Source: Gemmatimonadota bacterium
Lineage (GTDB): Bacteria; Gemmatimonadota; Gemmatimonadetes; Palauibacterales; Palauibacteraceae
NCBI GenBank assembly: GCA_965116475.1
Contig: OZ220691.1
Span: 224,001-288,000, forward strand
Length of the DNA: 64,000 nt
Reading direction: 5' to 3'
A model generated the notes under the pieces. The model saw only the letters and a program-made list of their open reading frames with translations. It did not search any database and was not told the DNA's origin. Numbering within the stretch: position 1 is the first letter of the stretch; each line of letters starts with the position of its first letter. The translations under genes were made by a program, and so were the position numbers. This document shows positions 8,906 through 17,657 of the stretch, piece after piece.

Positions 8906-10743
8906 GCACCCACTCCTTCGGCCGTCTCCACCGCGAGACCGAGGCGGTCTTTAACGCCCGCGATGACGTGTCGCGCGCTCAGCGGGAGCCCCCCGTAGCG
9001 GAGGACCGACGTGAGCTTCTCCTTCGAGGCCGGCGTCTCCAGCGTGAGCAGCGACTTCAACTGCGCGTCCCGGTTCTGTTCGATGACGATGTTGAGGTCG
9101 TGGGCCTCGATGAAGCGCGCGATTTCGGGCGCGAACGGGAACCCGCGGATCCGCATGTAGTCGAGCCGGAGCCCGTCCTCCGCCTCCATGCGCTCGATGG
9201 CCTCCCGCGCCGCGCCGTCGCAGGCGCCCACCGTGATGAGTCCGTATCGCGCGTCCGGCCGCGACCGGATCTCGGGGGGAGGCACGGCTTCCGCCGCGCT
9301 GTCGATCTTCTCGCCGATGCGATCGATGACTTCCTGGTATTCGTCCGGATCCTCGGTGTACTTGCCGTACTTCGTGTGGCCGGAGCCGCGCGTGAAGTAG
9401 GCGCCCTTCGGATGCTCGCCCGGGATTGTGCGATACGGAATCCCGTCCCCGTCCACGTCCAGGTACCGATAGAAGGTCTCGACCTCCGCCAGCGCCTCGG
9501 CGTCGAGCACCTTCCCGCGATCCGGCCGGTACTCGTCATCCCACCGGAAGCGGGGCACGACCCAGTCGTTCATCCCGATGTCGAGGTCCGAGAGCACGAA
9601 CACGGGCGTCTGGAAGCGTTCCGCCAGGTCGAACGCCTGTACGCTGAACTCGAAGCACTCCGCCGGATCCTTCGGATACAGGCAGAGGTGCTTCGTGTCC
9701 CCGTGCGAGGCGTAGGCGCAGAGGAGGATGTCGCCCTGCTGCGTGCGCGTCGGCATCCCGGTCGACGGGCCGACGCGCTCGATGTCGAAGAAGACGCACG
9801 GGACTTCGGCGTAGTACGCGAGCCCGATGAACTCGGTCATGAGCGAGATGCCGGCCCCGCTCGTCGCCGTGAAGGCGCGGGCTCCGGCCCACCCCGCGCC
9901 GATCGTGATGCCGGCCGCCGCGAGTTCGTCCTCCGCCTGCAGGATCGCCGCCCGGCTCCGTCCCGTCTCCTCCTCGACGCGCAGACGCCGGCAATAGGCC
10001 GTGAAGGCGTCGACGAGCGAGGTCGAGGGCGTGATCGGATACCACGCCGCGACCGTGGCGCCCGCGTAGACGCAGCCCAGCGCCGCCGCCGTGTTGCCGT
10101 CGATCAGGATCGAGTCGCGCGTGGCATCCATCCCCTCGAGCCGGATCGGCAGGGGGCACTCGAAGTTCTCGGCCGCGTAGTCGTAGCCGAGCCGGATCGC
10201 CTTGAAGTTCGCGTCGAGCAGATGACGCTTCTTCTCGCCGAAGGTCTCCTCGAGCAGTTCCCGGATCACATCCATGTCGATGTCGAGGAGGGCGGCGAGG
10301 GCGCCCGTGTAAGCGATGTTCTTCATCAGGATGCGCGTGCGGCCGCCGTCGAAGGTCTTCACGCACATCTCGGCCAGCGGCACGCCGAGGAAGGTCACTT
10401 CCTCCCGCCGCAGCGTGTCCGCCATGGGCCAGCTCGAGTCGTACAGCAGCCAGCCGCCGGGCACGAGTTCCTCGATGTCCTGCGAGTAGGTCTCCGGGTT
10501 CATCGCCACGATGAGGTCGAAATCCGGGGTGCGCGCGACGTGGCCCGACCCGTTCACGCGGATCTCGTACCAGGTGGGAAGGCCCTGGATGTTCGAGGGG
10601 AAGACGTTTTTCCCGGATACCGGCACGCCCATCCGAAAGATCGACTGCATGATGAGGCCGTTGGCGCTCGCGGAGCCCGTCCCGTTCACGGTGCCGATCT
10701 TGAGCGCGAAGTCGTTCACGCGGTCCGTCTTCATGTCGGCCAT
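8902..10743 (-). CDS. korA: 2-oxoacid:acceptor oxidoreductase subunit alpha
   Basis: YPITPS, QAEDELAA, TATSGAGISLM, GPSTGMPTRTQQGD; stop overlaps korB start. Confidence 0.93.
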   Translation of the reverse strand: MADMKTDRVNDFALKIGTVNGTGSASANGLIMQSIFRMGVPVSGKNVFPSNIQGLPTWYEIRVNGSGHVARTPDFDLIVAMNPETYSQDIEELVPGGWLLYDSSWPMADTLRREEVTFLGVPLAEMCVKTFDGGRTRILMKNIAYTGALAALLDIDMDVIRELLEETFGEKKRHLLDANFKAIRLGYDYAAENFECPLPIRLEGMDATRDSILIDGNTAAALGCVYAGATVAAWYPITPSTSLVDAFTAYCRRLRVEEETGRSRAAILQAEDELAAAGITIGAGWAGARAFTATSGAGISLMTEFIGLAYYAEVPCVFFDIERVGPSTGMPTRTQQGDILLCAYASHGDTKHLCLYPKDPAECFEFSVQAFDLAERFQTPVFVLSDLDIGMNDWVVPRFRWDDEYRPDRGKVLDAEALAEVETFYRYLDVDGDGIPYRTIPGEHPKGAYFTRGSGHTKYGKYTEDPDEYQEVIDRIGEKIDSAAEAVPPPEIRSRPDARYGLITVGACDGAAREAIERMEAEDGLRLDYMRIRGFPFAPEIARFIEAHDLNIVIEQNRDAQLKSLLTLETPASKEKLTSVLRYGGLPLSARHVIAGVKDRLGLAVETAEGVGA

Positions 10744-10753
10744 TCCGTCTCCG

Positions 10754-12592
10754 TCAGGGAGTCACCGACACGAAACCGCCCGGCGCCATCTCCTCGATCC
10801 CCAGCCCGGAATAGGGATGGTCCGCATCCTGACCCGCGTAGGGCTTGAGCAGATCGAAGGTCCGCATGTCCCAGGCCGCCGTCGGACAGCGCTCCGCGCA
10901 CAACCCGCAGTGAATGCACAGGTCCTCGTCCTTCACCATGGCGCGGGCCGTGTGCGGCAGCGGCTCGGAGACGTAGATGTCCTGCTCCGTGTTCTCGGCG
11001 GGCGCGAGCAGTCGGGTGCGGAGGTCCGCTTCCTCTCCGTTGTGCGTGATCGTGAGACAATTGAGGGGACAGATGTCGATGCAGGCGTCGCACTCGATGC
11101 ACAGGCTCCCCGTGAAGTGCGTCTGGATGTCGCAATTCAGGCAGCGCTCGACCTCGGTCAGCGTCTGCTCGAGGTCGAACCCCTCCTCGACTTCCGTCTC
11201 GATGCTCCGGAGGCGCTCCTCCAGGCGGACGTGCCGCATCTTCCGCCGGCCGGCGTACTCGTAGTCGTTCGAGTAGCTCCACTCGTGGAGGCCCATCTTG
11301 GCGCTCACGAGGTTCATGTGCTCGGGCGGACGCTTCCGGACGTCCTCCCCGCTGCAGTAGGCGTGGATGGAAATCGCCGCCTGGTGCCCGTGCTCGGCCG
11401 CCCAGATGATGTTCTCGGGCCCCCACGCCGCGTCGCCGCCGAAGAAGACGCCCTCGCGCGTCGACATGAACGTCGTCCGGTCTACGACCGCTTCCCGCCA
11501 CTTGTTGAACTCGATCCCCGCATCGTCCTCGATCCAGGGGAAGGCGGTCTCCTGCCCGATGGCGAGGATGACGGCATCCGCCGGGAAGAACGCCTCGTCG
11601 AGCTTGGTGGACACGAGCCGGCCCTGGTCGTTCTCGTGCCATTCCACGATGTCGAAGTTCATCCCCCTGAGAACACCGTCCTCGACGACGAACTCCGTGG
11701 GCGAGTGGTTCTCGACGATGTCGACGAGTTCCTCCTCCGCATCCTCCAGCTCCCACGGGGAGGCCTTGAAGTACGGCTTGGACTTGCGGGCCATGACCTT
11801 GACGTTCGTCCCGCCGATCCGCTTCGAGGTGCGGCAGCAGTCCATGGCCGTGTTCCCCACGCCGATGACGAGCACGTTCTGCTCGATCGAGTTCGTGTGC
11901 CCGAAGGCGACGGATTCGAGCCAGTCGATGCCGATGTAGATGCGGTCCGTATCGTACCGGCCCGGCAGGCGCAGCTCCTTGCCGCGCGGCGCGCCGGAGC
12001 CGACGAAGACGGCATCGAAGCCCTGCTCCAGCAGCCACTTCATGCTCTCGACGGGCGCGTTGTACCGAATGTCCACGCCCATGTCGAGGATGTAGTCGAT
12101 TTCCTCCCACAGCACTTCAGGGGGCAGGCGGAACTGCGGAATGTTCGTCCACATGAGGCCGCCCGGCCGGTCGTTCTTCTCGAAGATCGTGACCTCGTAG
12201 CCGAGGGGCATGAGGTCGCGGGCGACGGTCAGCGACGCGGGGCCCGCGCCCACGCAGGCGATCCGCTTCCCGTTCTTCTGCTTCGGGATCTCCGGGAAGC
12301 GGGGCGTGATGTCGCCTCGGAGGTCGGCGGCGACGCGCTTGAGGCGGCAGATCGCGACCGGCTTGTCCTCGACCCGGCCGCGCCGGCAGGCGGGCTCGCA
12401 GGGGCGGTCGCACGTCCTGCCGAGGATGCCCGGGAAGACGTTCGACTCCCAGTTGAGCATGTAGGCGTCGTCGTACCGCTCCTGGGCGATGAGGCGGATG
12501 TAACCCGGTACGTTGGTGTGAGCCGGGCAGGCCCACTGGCAATCCACGACTTTGTGGTAGTAGTCGGGATTCTCGACGTTCGTTGGCTCCAC
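10754..12592 (-). CDS. GltD-like FAD/NAD(P)-dependent oxidoreductase with N- and C-terminal 4Fe-4S domains
   Basis: CQWACPAH, GRTCDRPCEPACRR, VGAGPAS, IGVGNTAMD, CIECDACIDICP, CIHCGLCAERCP; GTG start at 12592. Confidence 0.9.
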   Translation of the reverse strand: MEPTNVENPDYYHKVVDCQWACPAHTNVPGYIRLIAQERYDDAYMLNWESNVFPGILGRTCDRPCEPACRRGRVEDKPVAICRLKRVAADLRGDITPRFPEIPKQKNGKRIACVGAGPASLTVARDLMPLGYEVTIFEKNDRPGGLMWTNIPQFRLPPEVLWEEIDYILDMGVDIRYNAPVESMKWLLEQGFDAVFVGSGAPRGKELRLPGRYDTDRIYIGIDWLESVAFGHTNSIEQNVLVIGVGNTAMDCCRTSKRIGGTNVKVMARKSKPYFKASPWELEDAEEELVDIVENHSPTEFVVEDGVLRGMNFDIVEWHENDQGRLVSTKLDEAFFPADAVILAIGQETAFPWIEDDAGIEFNKWREAVVDRTTFMSTREGVFFGGDAAWGPENIIWAAEHGHQAAISIHAYCSGEDVRKRPPEHMNLVSAKMGLHEWSYSNDYEYAGRRKMRHVRLEERLRSIETEVEEGFDLEQTLTEVERCLNCDIQTHFTGSLCIECDACIDICPLNCLTITHNGEEADLRTRLLAPAENTEQDIYVSEPLPHTARAMVKDEDLCIHCGLCAERCPTAAWDMRTFDLLKPYAGQDADHPYSGLGIEEMAPGGFVSVTP

Positions 12593-12807
12593 CGTCTCTC
12601 CTCGGGCCGACCCCGCCCGACAACCCCACGGCTCCCCGACCCGTGAGTCGCTTGGTGAGATAACCGTCCGCAATCCTAGGGGACGAGGGGAATTGTCGCC
12701 AGTTTTACGGGTGGCGGGCGGCTGGCGGCCGGGTGCCGGCCGGGCGGCGGCGGCGTGGCAGCCGGCGGATCGTTGCTGTGGCGGCCGGGGCCGCGGAAGT
12801 TGAACCC

Positions 12808-14052
12808 ATGCAAGAGCAGCCCGTGCACACGGTTGTCGGAGGGGCTCACCTCTTCCGGCGCGATACGGCGGCCAAGCTCGGACGGATCGCGGGACGCTAT
12901 CTCGACCGGTACGCGGCGGACCCTGCCGCCCTCCGGGAGGCCCTCGGGACTCGGCTCCCCTCCGGGACGGCGGAAGCGGTGCACCGGCGCGTGCGCGCCA
13001 AGCTCCAACGCGAACCGGTCGAGAGCTTCCTGATCGACTTCGAAGATGGCTTCGGCGCCCGGTCCGAGGCGGAAGAAGACGAGGCGGCGGCGCTGGCGGC
13101 AGCGGAAGTCGCGGCGGGGGCGGCGGCCGGCAGCCTCCCGCCCTCGCTGGGAATCCGCATCAAGTCGCTGTCCGAAGTCACCGGCGAGCGGGCGTTGCGC
13201 ACGCTCGAGCGCTTCCTGGCGGCACTCGCGCGGACCCGGCGCGACTTGCCGGACGGGTTCACCGTGCTCCTTCCGAAGGTCGTCGCGGCCGGTCAGGTGG
13301 CGAGGCTCGCCGGGGCCCTGGACCGGCTCGAGACGACGCTCGGGCTGCCGGAGAAGCGGGTGGCGATCGACCTCATGATCGAAACGCCGCAGTCACTGGT
13401 GGCGCCGGACGGACGGATCGCCGTGCCCGGGCTGGTCGCGGCGACGGACGGGCGCTGCCGCACCGTGCACCTCGGAGCGTACGACCTCACGGGCGCCGCC
13501 GCGGTCGCGGCGGAAGATCAGACCCTGGGGCACCCGCTGTGCGACGTGGCGAGGCAGCTTCTGCAGCTCTCGCTCGCCGGGACCGGCGTCCAGCTCTCGG
13601 ATGGGGCGACGAACGTGCTCCCCGTCGAACCGCATCGTGGAGAGACCGACGTCTCGCCGGCCGAGCGGGCGGAAAACAGGGCCGTCGTGCACGACGCCTG
13701 GCGCCTGCACTACGCCGATGTGCGGCGGTCTCTGAGCCAGGGGTTCTATCAGAGTTGGGACCTCCACCCGGCCCAGCTCGTCTCCCGCTACGCGGCCGTC
13801 TTCTCCTTCTTCGTCGAAGGACTGGACGCGGCGGCGAGCCGGCTCGACCGCTTCGTGGCCGCCGCGGGACGGGCCGTCCTGACGGGATCGGTGTTCGACG
13901 ATGAAGCCTCGGGCCAGGGCCTGCTGAACTTCTTTCTCCGGGGGCTCGCGAGCGGCGCCCTGACGGCGGAGGAGGCGGCGCGCTCCGGCCTCACCGCCGC
14001 GGAACTCGAGACGCGCTCCTTCCGCAAGATCCTCGAGCGGCGCCGCGGGTGA
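12808..14052 (+). CDS. HpcH/HpaI aldolase / citrate lyase-like (DUF6986-type) protein
   Basis: QPVHTVVGGAH, IDFEDGFG, LPKV, MIETPQ, HLGAYD, LSDGATNVLP, WDLHPAQL. Confidence 0.78.
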   Translation: MQEQPVHTVVGGAHLFRRDTAAKLGRIAGRYLDRYAADPAALREALGTRLPSGTAEAVHRRVRAKLQREPVESFLIDFEDGFGARSEAEEDEAAALAAAEVAAGAAAGSLPPSLGIRIKSLSEVTGERALRTLERFLAALARTRRDLPDGFTVLLPKVVAAGQVARLAGALDRLETTLGLPEKRVAIDLMIETPQSLVAPDGRIAVPGLVAATDGRCRTVHLGAYDLTGAAAVAAEDQTLGHPLCDVARQLLQLSLAGTGVQLSDGATNVLPVEPHRGETDVSPAERAENRAVVHDAWRLHYADVRRSLSQGFYQSWDLHPAQLVSRYAAVFSFFVEGLDAAASRLDRFVAAAGRAVLTGSVFDDEASGQGLLNFFLRGLASGALTAEEAARSGLTAAELETRSFRKILERRRG

Positions 14053-15035
14053 TCGCGGCCTGGATCGAGCGCGGCGCCGTCCACGTGCGCGACGACCTCC
14101 CGCGGCCCGCTCCAGGGCCCGGGGAGGCCGTCATCCGGGTCCTGATGGCGGGGATCTGCGGGACGGACCTGGAGTTGCTGCGCGGATACGGCGACTTCTC
14201 TGGGATTCCGGGGCACGAGTTCGTCGGACGCGTGGAGGAGGGGCCGCCGGAGTGGGTTGGCGCCCGCGTCGTCGCCGAGATCAACGTGACCTGCCGCTCG
14301 CGAAGCTTCGAACCTCTCTGTGCCAGTTGTGCCAACAGCCGGCCGACCCACTGCCTTCGCCGCGAGGCGATCGGCATCCACGGGCGCGACGGCGCGTTCG
14401 CCGAATGGCTGCGGGCGCCGGTCGCCAACCTGCATCGCGTGCCGGAGCCGGTTCCGGACGAGGTGGCCGTGTTCGCGGAACCGATGGCGGCCGCCTGCCG
14501 CGTCCTGCGCCAGATAGAGACCGGGATCGAGCGTGGCCGCGTGAACCGGGCGCTCGTCGTGGGCGCGGGACGGCTGGGGCAACTCGTGGCGCGCGTGCTG
14601 GCGATCAGGGTGCCGGCGCTGGAGGTCGCCGGTCGTTCGGAGCGGAATCTGGCCCGGGCCCGAGCTGCCGGCCTCGTCGCGGGGCCGGTCACCGCCGTGG
14701 AGGATGCGGCCTACGACCTCGTCATCGAATGCAGCGGCGCGGCGGCCGGGTTTGCGGTTGCCCGCCGAGCCGTTCGGCCGCGCGGAACGATCATCCTCAA
14801 GAGTACATACGAAAACGAGTTATCCGTCGACATCTCATCCGTCGTAGTAGATGAGATACGGCTCCTCGGCTCGCGGTGCGGGCCCTTCGAGGACGCCCTG
14901 TCCGCACTGGAGCGAAGGGATCTTGAGGTCCGCGATCTCATCGACGACCGGCTCCCGCTCTCGGCCGCCCCGGAGGCCTTCGACCGGGCGGCGCAGGCGG
15001 GAATCGCGAAGGTGCTCCTCGTCCCCTGGCTGTAG
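14049..15035 (+). CDS. Zinc-dependent alcohol dehydrogenase (MDR family)
   Basis: AGICGTDL, GHEFVG, structural Zn cysteines, VGAGRLG; GTGA overlap with upstream gene. Confidence 0.9.
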   Translation: MIAAWIERGAVHVRDDLPRPAPGPGEAVIRVLMAGICGTDLELLRGYGDFSGIPGHEFVGRVEEGPPEWVGARVVAEINVTCRSRSFEPLCASCANSRPTHCLRREAIGIHGRDGAFAEWLRAPVANLHRVPEPVPDEVAVFAEPMAAACRVLRQIETGIERGRVNRALVVGAGRLGQLVARVLAIRVPALEVAGRSERNLARARAAGLVAGPVTAVEDAAYDLVIECSGAAAGFAVARRAVRPRGTIILKSTYENELSVDISSVVVDEIRLLGSRCGPFEDALSALERRDLEVRDLIDDRLPLSAAPEAFDRAAQAGIAKVLLVPWL

Positions 15036-15147
15036 ATGCCACGGACGTTGGCGGCCCTCACGCCGATCCCCTCCTGCCGGTGCTCGACGCGATCTCAGCG
15101 CCCGAAAACGTTCCCGCGGGAACGCGGGCGGCCAGCCACCGCCGGAT

Positions 15148-16452
15148 TCAGTCGGAGAGTCGGACGGCGCCGACGCGGACGGGGCGGACGCGGACGCCGC
15201 CGCCCTCGCCGGGGATCGTCCACGCGAACAGGAGTTCGTCCCCCATCCGCACCATGCGCGGGAACCCGCTCGAGCGCTCGCCGGCAGTCTCGGAGATCAG
15301 AAGCGGCGTCCCGAGCGACCCGTCCGGATCGACCCGCCGGGCGAGGACGCGCGGTGTGTCGTTGGAAGCCTCCAGCCATACCACCACGGCCGAGCCGTCG
15401 TCGAGGCGTTCGATGTCTACGCGCCCCAGCGGCAGCCCCTCATCGACCCGGATCCGCGGGCCGAAGGTTGCGCCACCGTCATCCGAGAACGCGGCGTACA
15501 CCTGCGGGGCGCCATCGACGCCCGTGTACCACGCCGCGCCGAGGATCCGGTCGTCGCCGCTCAACTGCGGTCCGTTCACGGGACAGCCCGGGATGACCCA
15601 GCCGTCGGTGGACAGGGCCACGGGCTCGGTCCAGCGCTCCCCCGCCCCGCGAACGACGGCGATGTCGCGAACCTCGGATTCGCTCCGGTCGCGGTAGGCG
15701 GCCACGAGGCCTTCGCCCACGCGGGCCAGTGCGGTCTGGCAGCACTCGCACGTGCGGTCGTCGAGCAGCACCTCCGGGCCGAGATGGCCATCCGGGGCGA
15801 GCGTGCGGAAGCGGACGGACATCGCCCCGCGCTCGCCCACTCCGCCTCCGGCCACGTGCTCTCCGCCGGCGGCGACGTGGCCCGCCATGGCGCGGGCGTC
15901 GAGCCAGGTCAGCCCCGCGCCGTCACCCCACGGCACCATCGACACGAAGCCGTGCTCGGTCGGCGACGCGTCATCGTGCGCCCGGAACGGCTCCGACCAG
16001 GTCGCTCCATCATCGGAGGAAAGCGCCAGCATCACGTGGTAGGCGTAGGGCGCGTCGGCGACCTTCTCCAGCCAGTGAACGGCGAGCGTCCCGTCCCGCA
16101 TCTCCACCGAGGACGGAAAGTCGGCCCAGTTCACAAACATGTCGTCCGACGCCCACACGGTCCGCGGCTCGGACCAGCCGCCCTCCCCGCGAATCGCCAG
16201 GCGCAACGCGGGTACGCCCTCCTCGGGCTCGATCCACGTCAGGATGGCGCGACCCCCGGCCCCGACCGACAGGTACGGCTCGCCGCTGGGTGTCGGCCGG
16301 TCGAACTCGACGTCGCCCGCCTCCAGCCACACCTGCGCTCCCCCGCCGCCGGAGCACCCGCCCAGGCATGCGCCGAGGAGGGCCGCCACGGCGAGGGAAC
16401 GGATTCGCCCGGGACCGAACCGGACACGGATGCGCGTATCGGCTTCGGACAT
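15148..16452 (-). CDS. BNR-repeat / sialidase-fold lipoprotein
   Basis: Lipobox LGGC; Asp-box motifs SSDDGATW and SDDGGATF; NWADFP, TCECCQT, GCPVNGP. Confidence 0.75.
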   Translation of the reverse strand: MSEADTRIRVRFGPGRIRSLAVAALLGACLGGCSGGGGAQVWLEAGDVEFDRPTPSGEPYLSVGAGGRAILTWIEPEEGVPALRLAIRGEGGWSEPRTVWASDDMFVNWADFPSSVEMRDGTLAVHWLEKVADAPYAYHVMLALSSDDGATWSEPFRAHDDASPTEHGFVSMVPWGDGAGLTWLDARAMAGHVAAGGEHVAGGGVGERGAMSVRFRTLAPDGHLGPEVLLDDRTCECCQTALARVGEGLVAAYRDRSESEVRDIAVVRGAGERWTEPVALSTDGWVIPGCPVNGPQLSGDDRILGAAWYTGVDGAPQVYAAFSDDGGATFGPRIRVDEGLPLGRVDIERLDDGSAVVVWLEASNDTPRVLARRVDPDGSLGTPLLISETAGERSSGFPRMVRMGDELLFAWTIPGEGGGVRVRPVRVGAVRLSD

Positions 16453-16498
16453 TCTCATCTCCCCTGGTTGAAGCCGTATGATACATGCCCAACGCGCA

Positions 16499-16553
16499 GC
16501 AGAGAACCAGCAGAGAACCCGCAGAGAACCCGCGGAGAACCCGCGGAGCACCA
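16499..16553. repeat. Five tandem 11-bp repeats, consensus GC(A/G)GAGAACC(C/A), in a divergent intergenic region
   Basis: GCAGAGAACCA GCAGAGAACCC GCAGAGAACCC GCGGAGAACCC GCGGAGCACCA. Confidence 0.9.
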
Positions 16554-16568
16554 GCGACGGGAGGCCAG

Positions 16569-17657
16569 GTGTCACAACGTGCGTCGGTCATGCCGGGACC
16601 GGGACGACCACTCGAGGTCCGGACCTTCGACGATCCCGACCTCGGACCGGGCGAGACGTGGCTGGAGATAGAGGCGAGCGAGGTGTGCGGAACGGATGTC
16701 CATCTCCACCACGGACGCCTCGCGGGCGTGCCCTGGCCCATCATCCCGGGGCATGTGAGCGTGGGACGCATCCGGGAGACGAGAGGTCCCGGGGTCGATG
16801 CCTCGGGACGGCCGCTGGCGGAGGGGGACGCCGTCACCTTCTTCGACGTGGTGGGCACGTGCCACCGCTGCTTCTACTGCTCCGCTGCCCGGCAGCCGAA
16901 CCTGTGCCCGCACCGCCGCGTCTACGGCATCACGTTCAGCGCTCGGGAGGGATTGCTCGGAGGATGGGCGACGTCCATGCGGCTCACGGCCGACACGTCG
17001 ATCTTCAAGCTGCCCGAGGGGCTCGCGACAGCGGATGTCATCGGCGGCGGCTGCGGACTCTTCACCGGTTTCGGGGCCGTCGAGCGCTCGGAACTCCGGC
17101 CGGGCGACACGGTCGTCGTTCAGGGCTCCGGCCCCGTCGGCCTCGCGGCCGCCGCCTTCGCCCGGGTCCGGGGCTGCGGTCCCCTCGTGGTCATCGGCGA
17201 CCCCGACCCGCGCCTCGAGCTCGCCACCGCGATGGGCGCCGACGTCACGCTTTCGCTGGATCGAACGTCGGGCCGTGACCGGTCGGCAAGCGTGGCCGAC
17301 CTCACCGAGGGCCGGGGCGCCGACGTCGTCATCGAGGCGAGCGGCAACCCGGCGGCGATCCCGGAGGGATTTGCCCTCCTCCGCGACGGAGGCACGTACG
17401 TCGTGGCGGGACACTACACGGATGTCGGTCCCGTCTCCATCAACCCGCACGTCGACATCAACCGGAAGCACGCGACCGTGAAGGGGCGCTGGGGGACCGA
17501 GCTGCCGCACGTCTCGGGCGCGCTCGACCTGCTCGCGCGGCACCGCCTCCCCTTCGCCCGGGTGATCGGGGGTGAATACGGTCTCGGGGCAGCGGGTCAG
17601 GCCCTCGCCGACGTCGAGCGGCTCGCCGTCACCAAGGCGATCATCGTTCCGTCCTAG
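16569..17657 (+). CDS. Zinc-binding dehydrogenase (MDR family)
   Basis: EVCGTDVH, IPGH, CHRCFYC...LC, QGSGPVG; GTG start after GGAGG. Confidence 0.88.
   Translation: MSQRASVMPGPGRPLEVRTFDDPDLGPGETWLEIEASEVCGTDVHLHHGRLAGVPWPIIPGHVSVGRIRETRGPGVDASGRPLAEGDAVTFFDVVGTCHRCFYCSAARQPNLCPHRRVYGITFSAREGLLGGWATSMRLTADTSIFKLPEGLATADVIGGGCGLFTGFGAVERSELRPGDTVVVQGSGPVGLAAAAFARVRGCGPLVVIGDPDPRLELATAMGADVTLSLDRTSGRDRSASVADLTEGRGADVVIEASGNPAAIPEGFALLRDGGTYVVAGHYTDVGPVSINPHVDINRKHATVKGRWGTELPHVSGALDLLARHRLPFARVIGGEYGLGAAGQALADVERLAVTKAIIVPS

Noticed and set aside
16499-16553. Repeat array as a possible CRISPR (likewise 60266-60320)
   Set aside because: Units are 10-12 bp, directly adjacent, with no spacers and no cas genes
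17654-17657. Overlapping stop codons of convergent genes (also 7383-7386)
   Set aside because: Common in compact bacterial genomes
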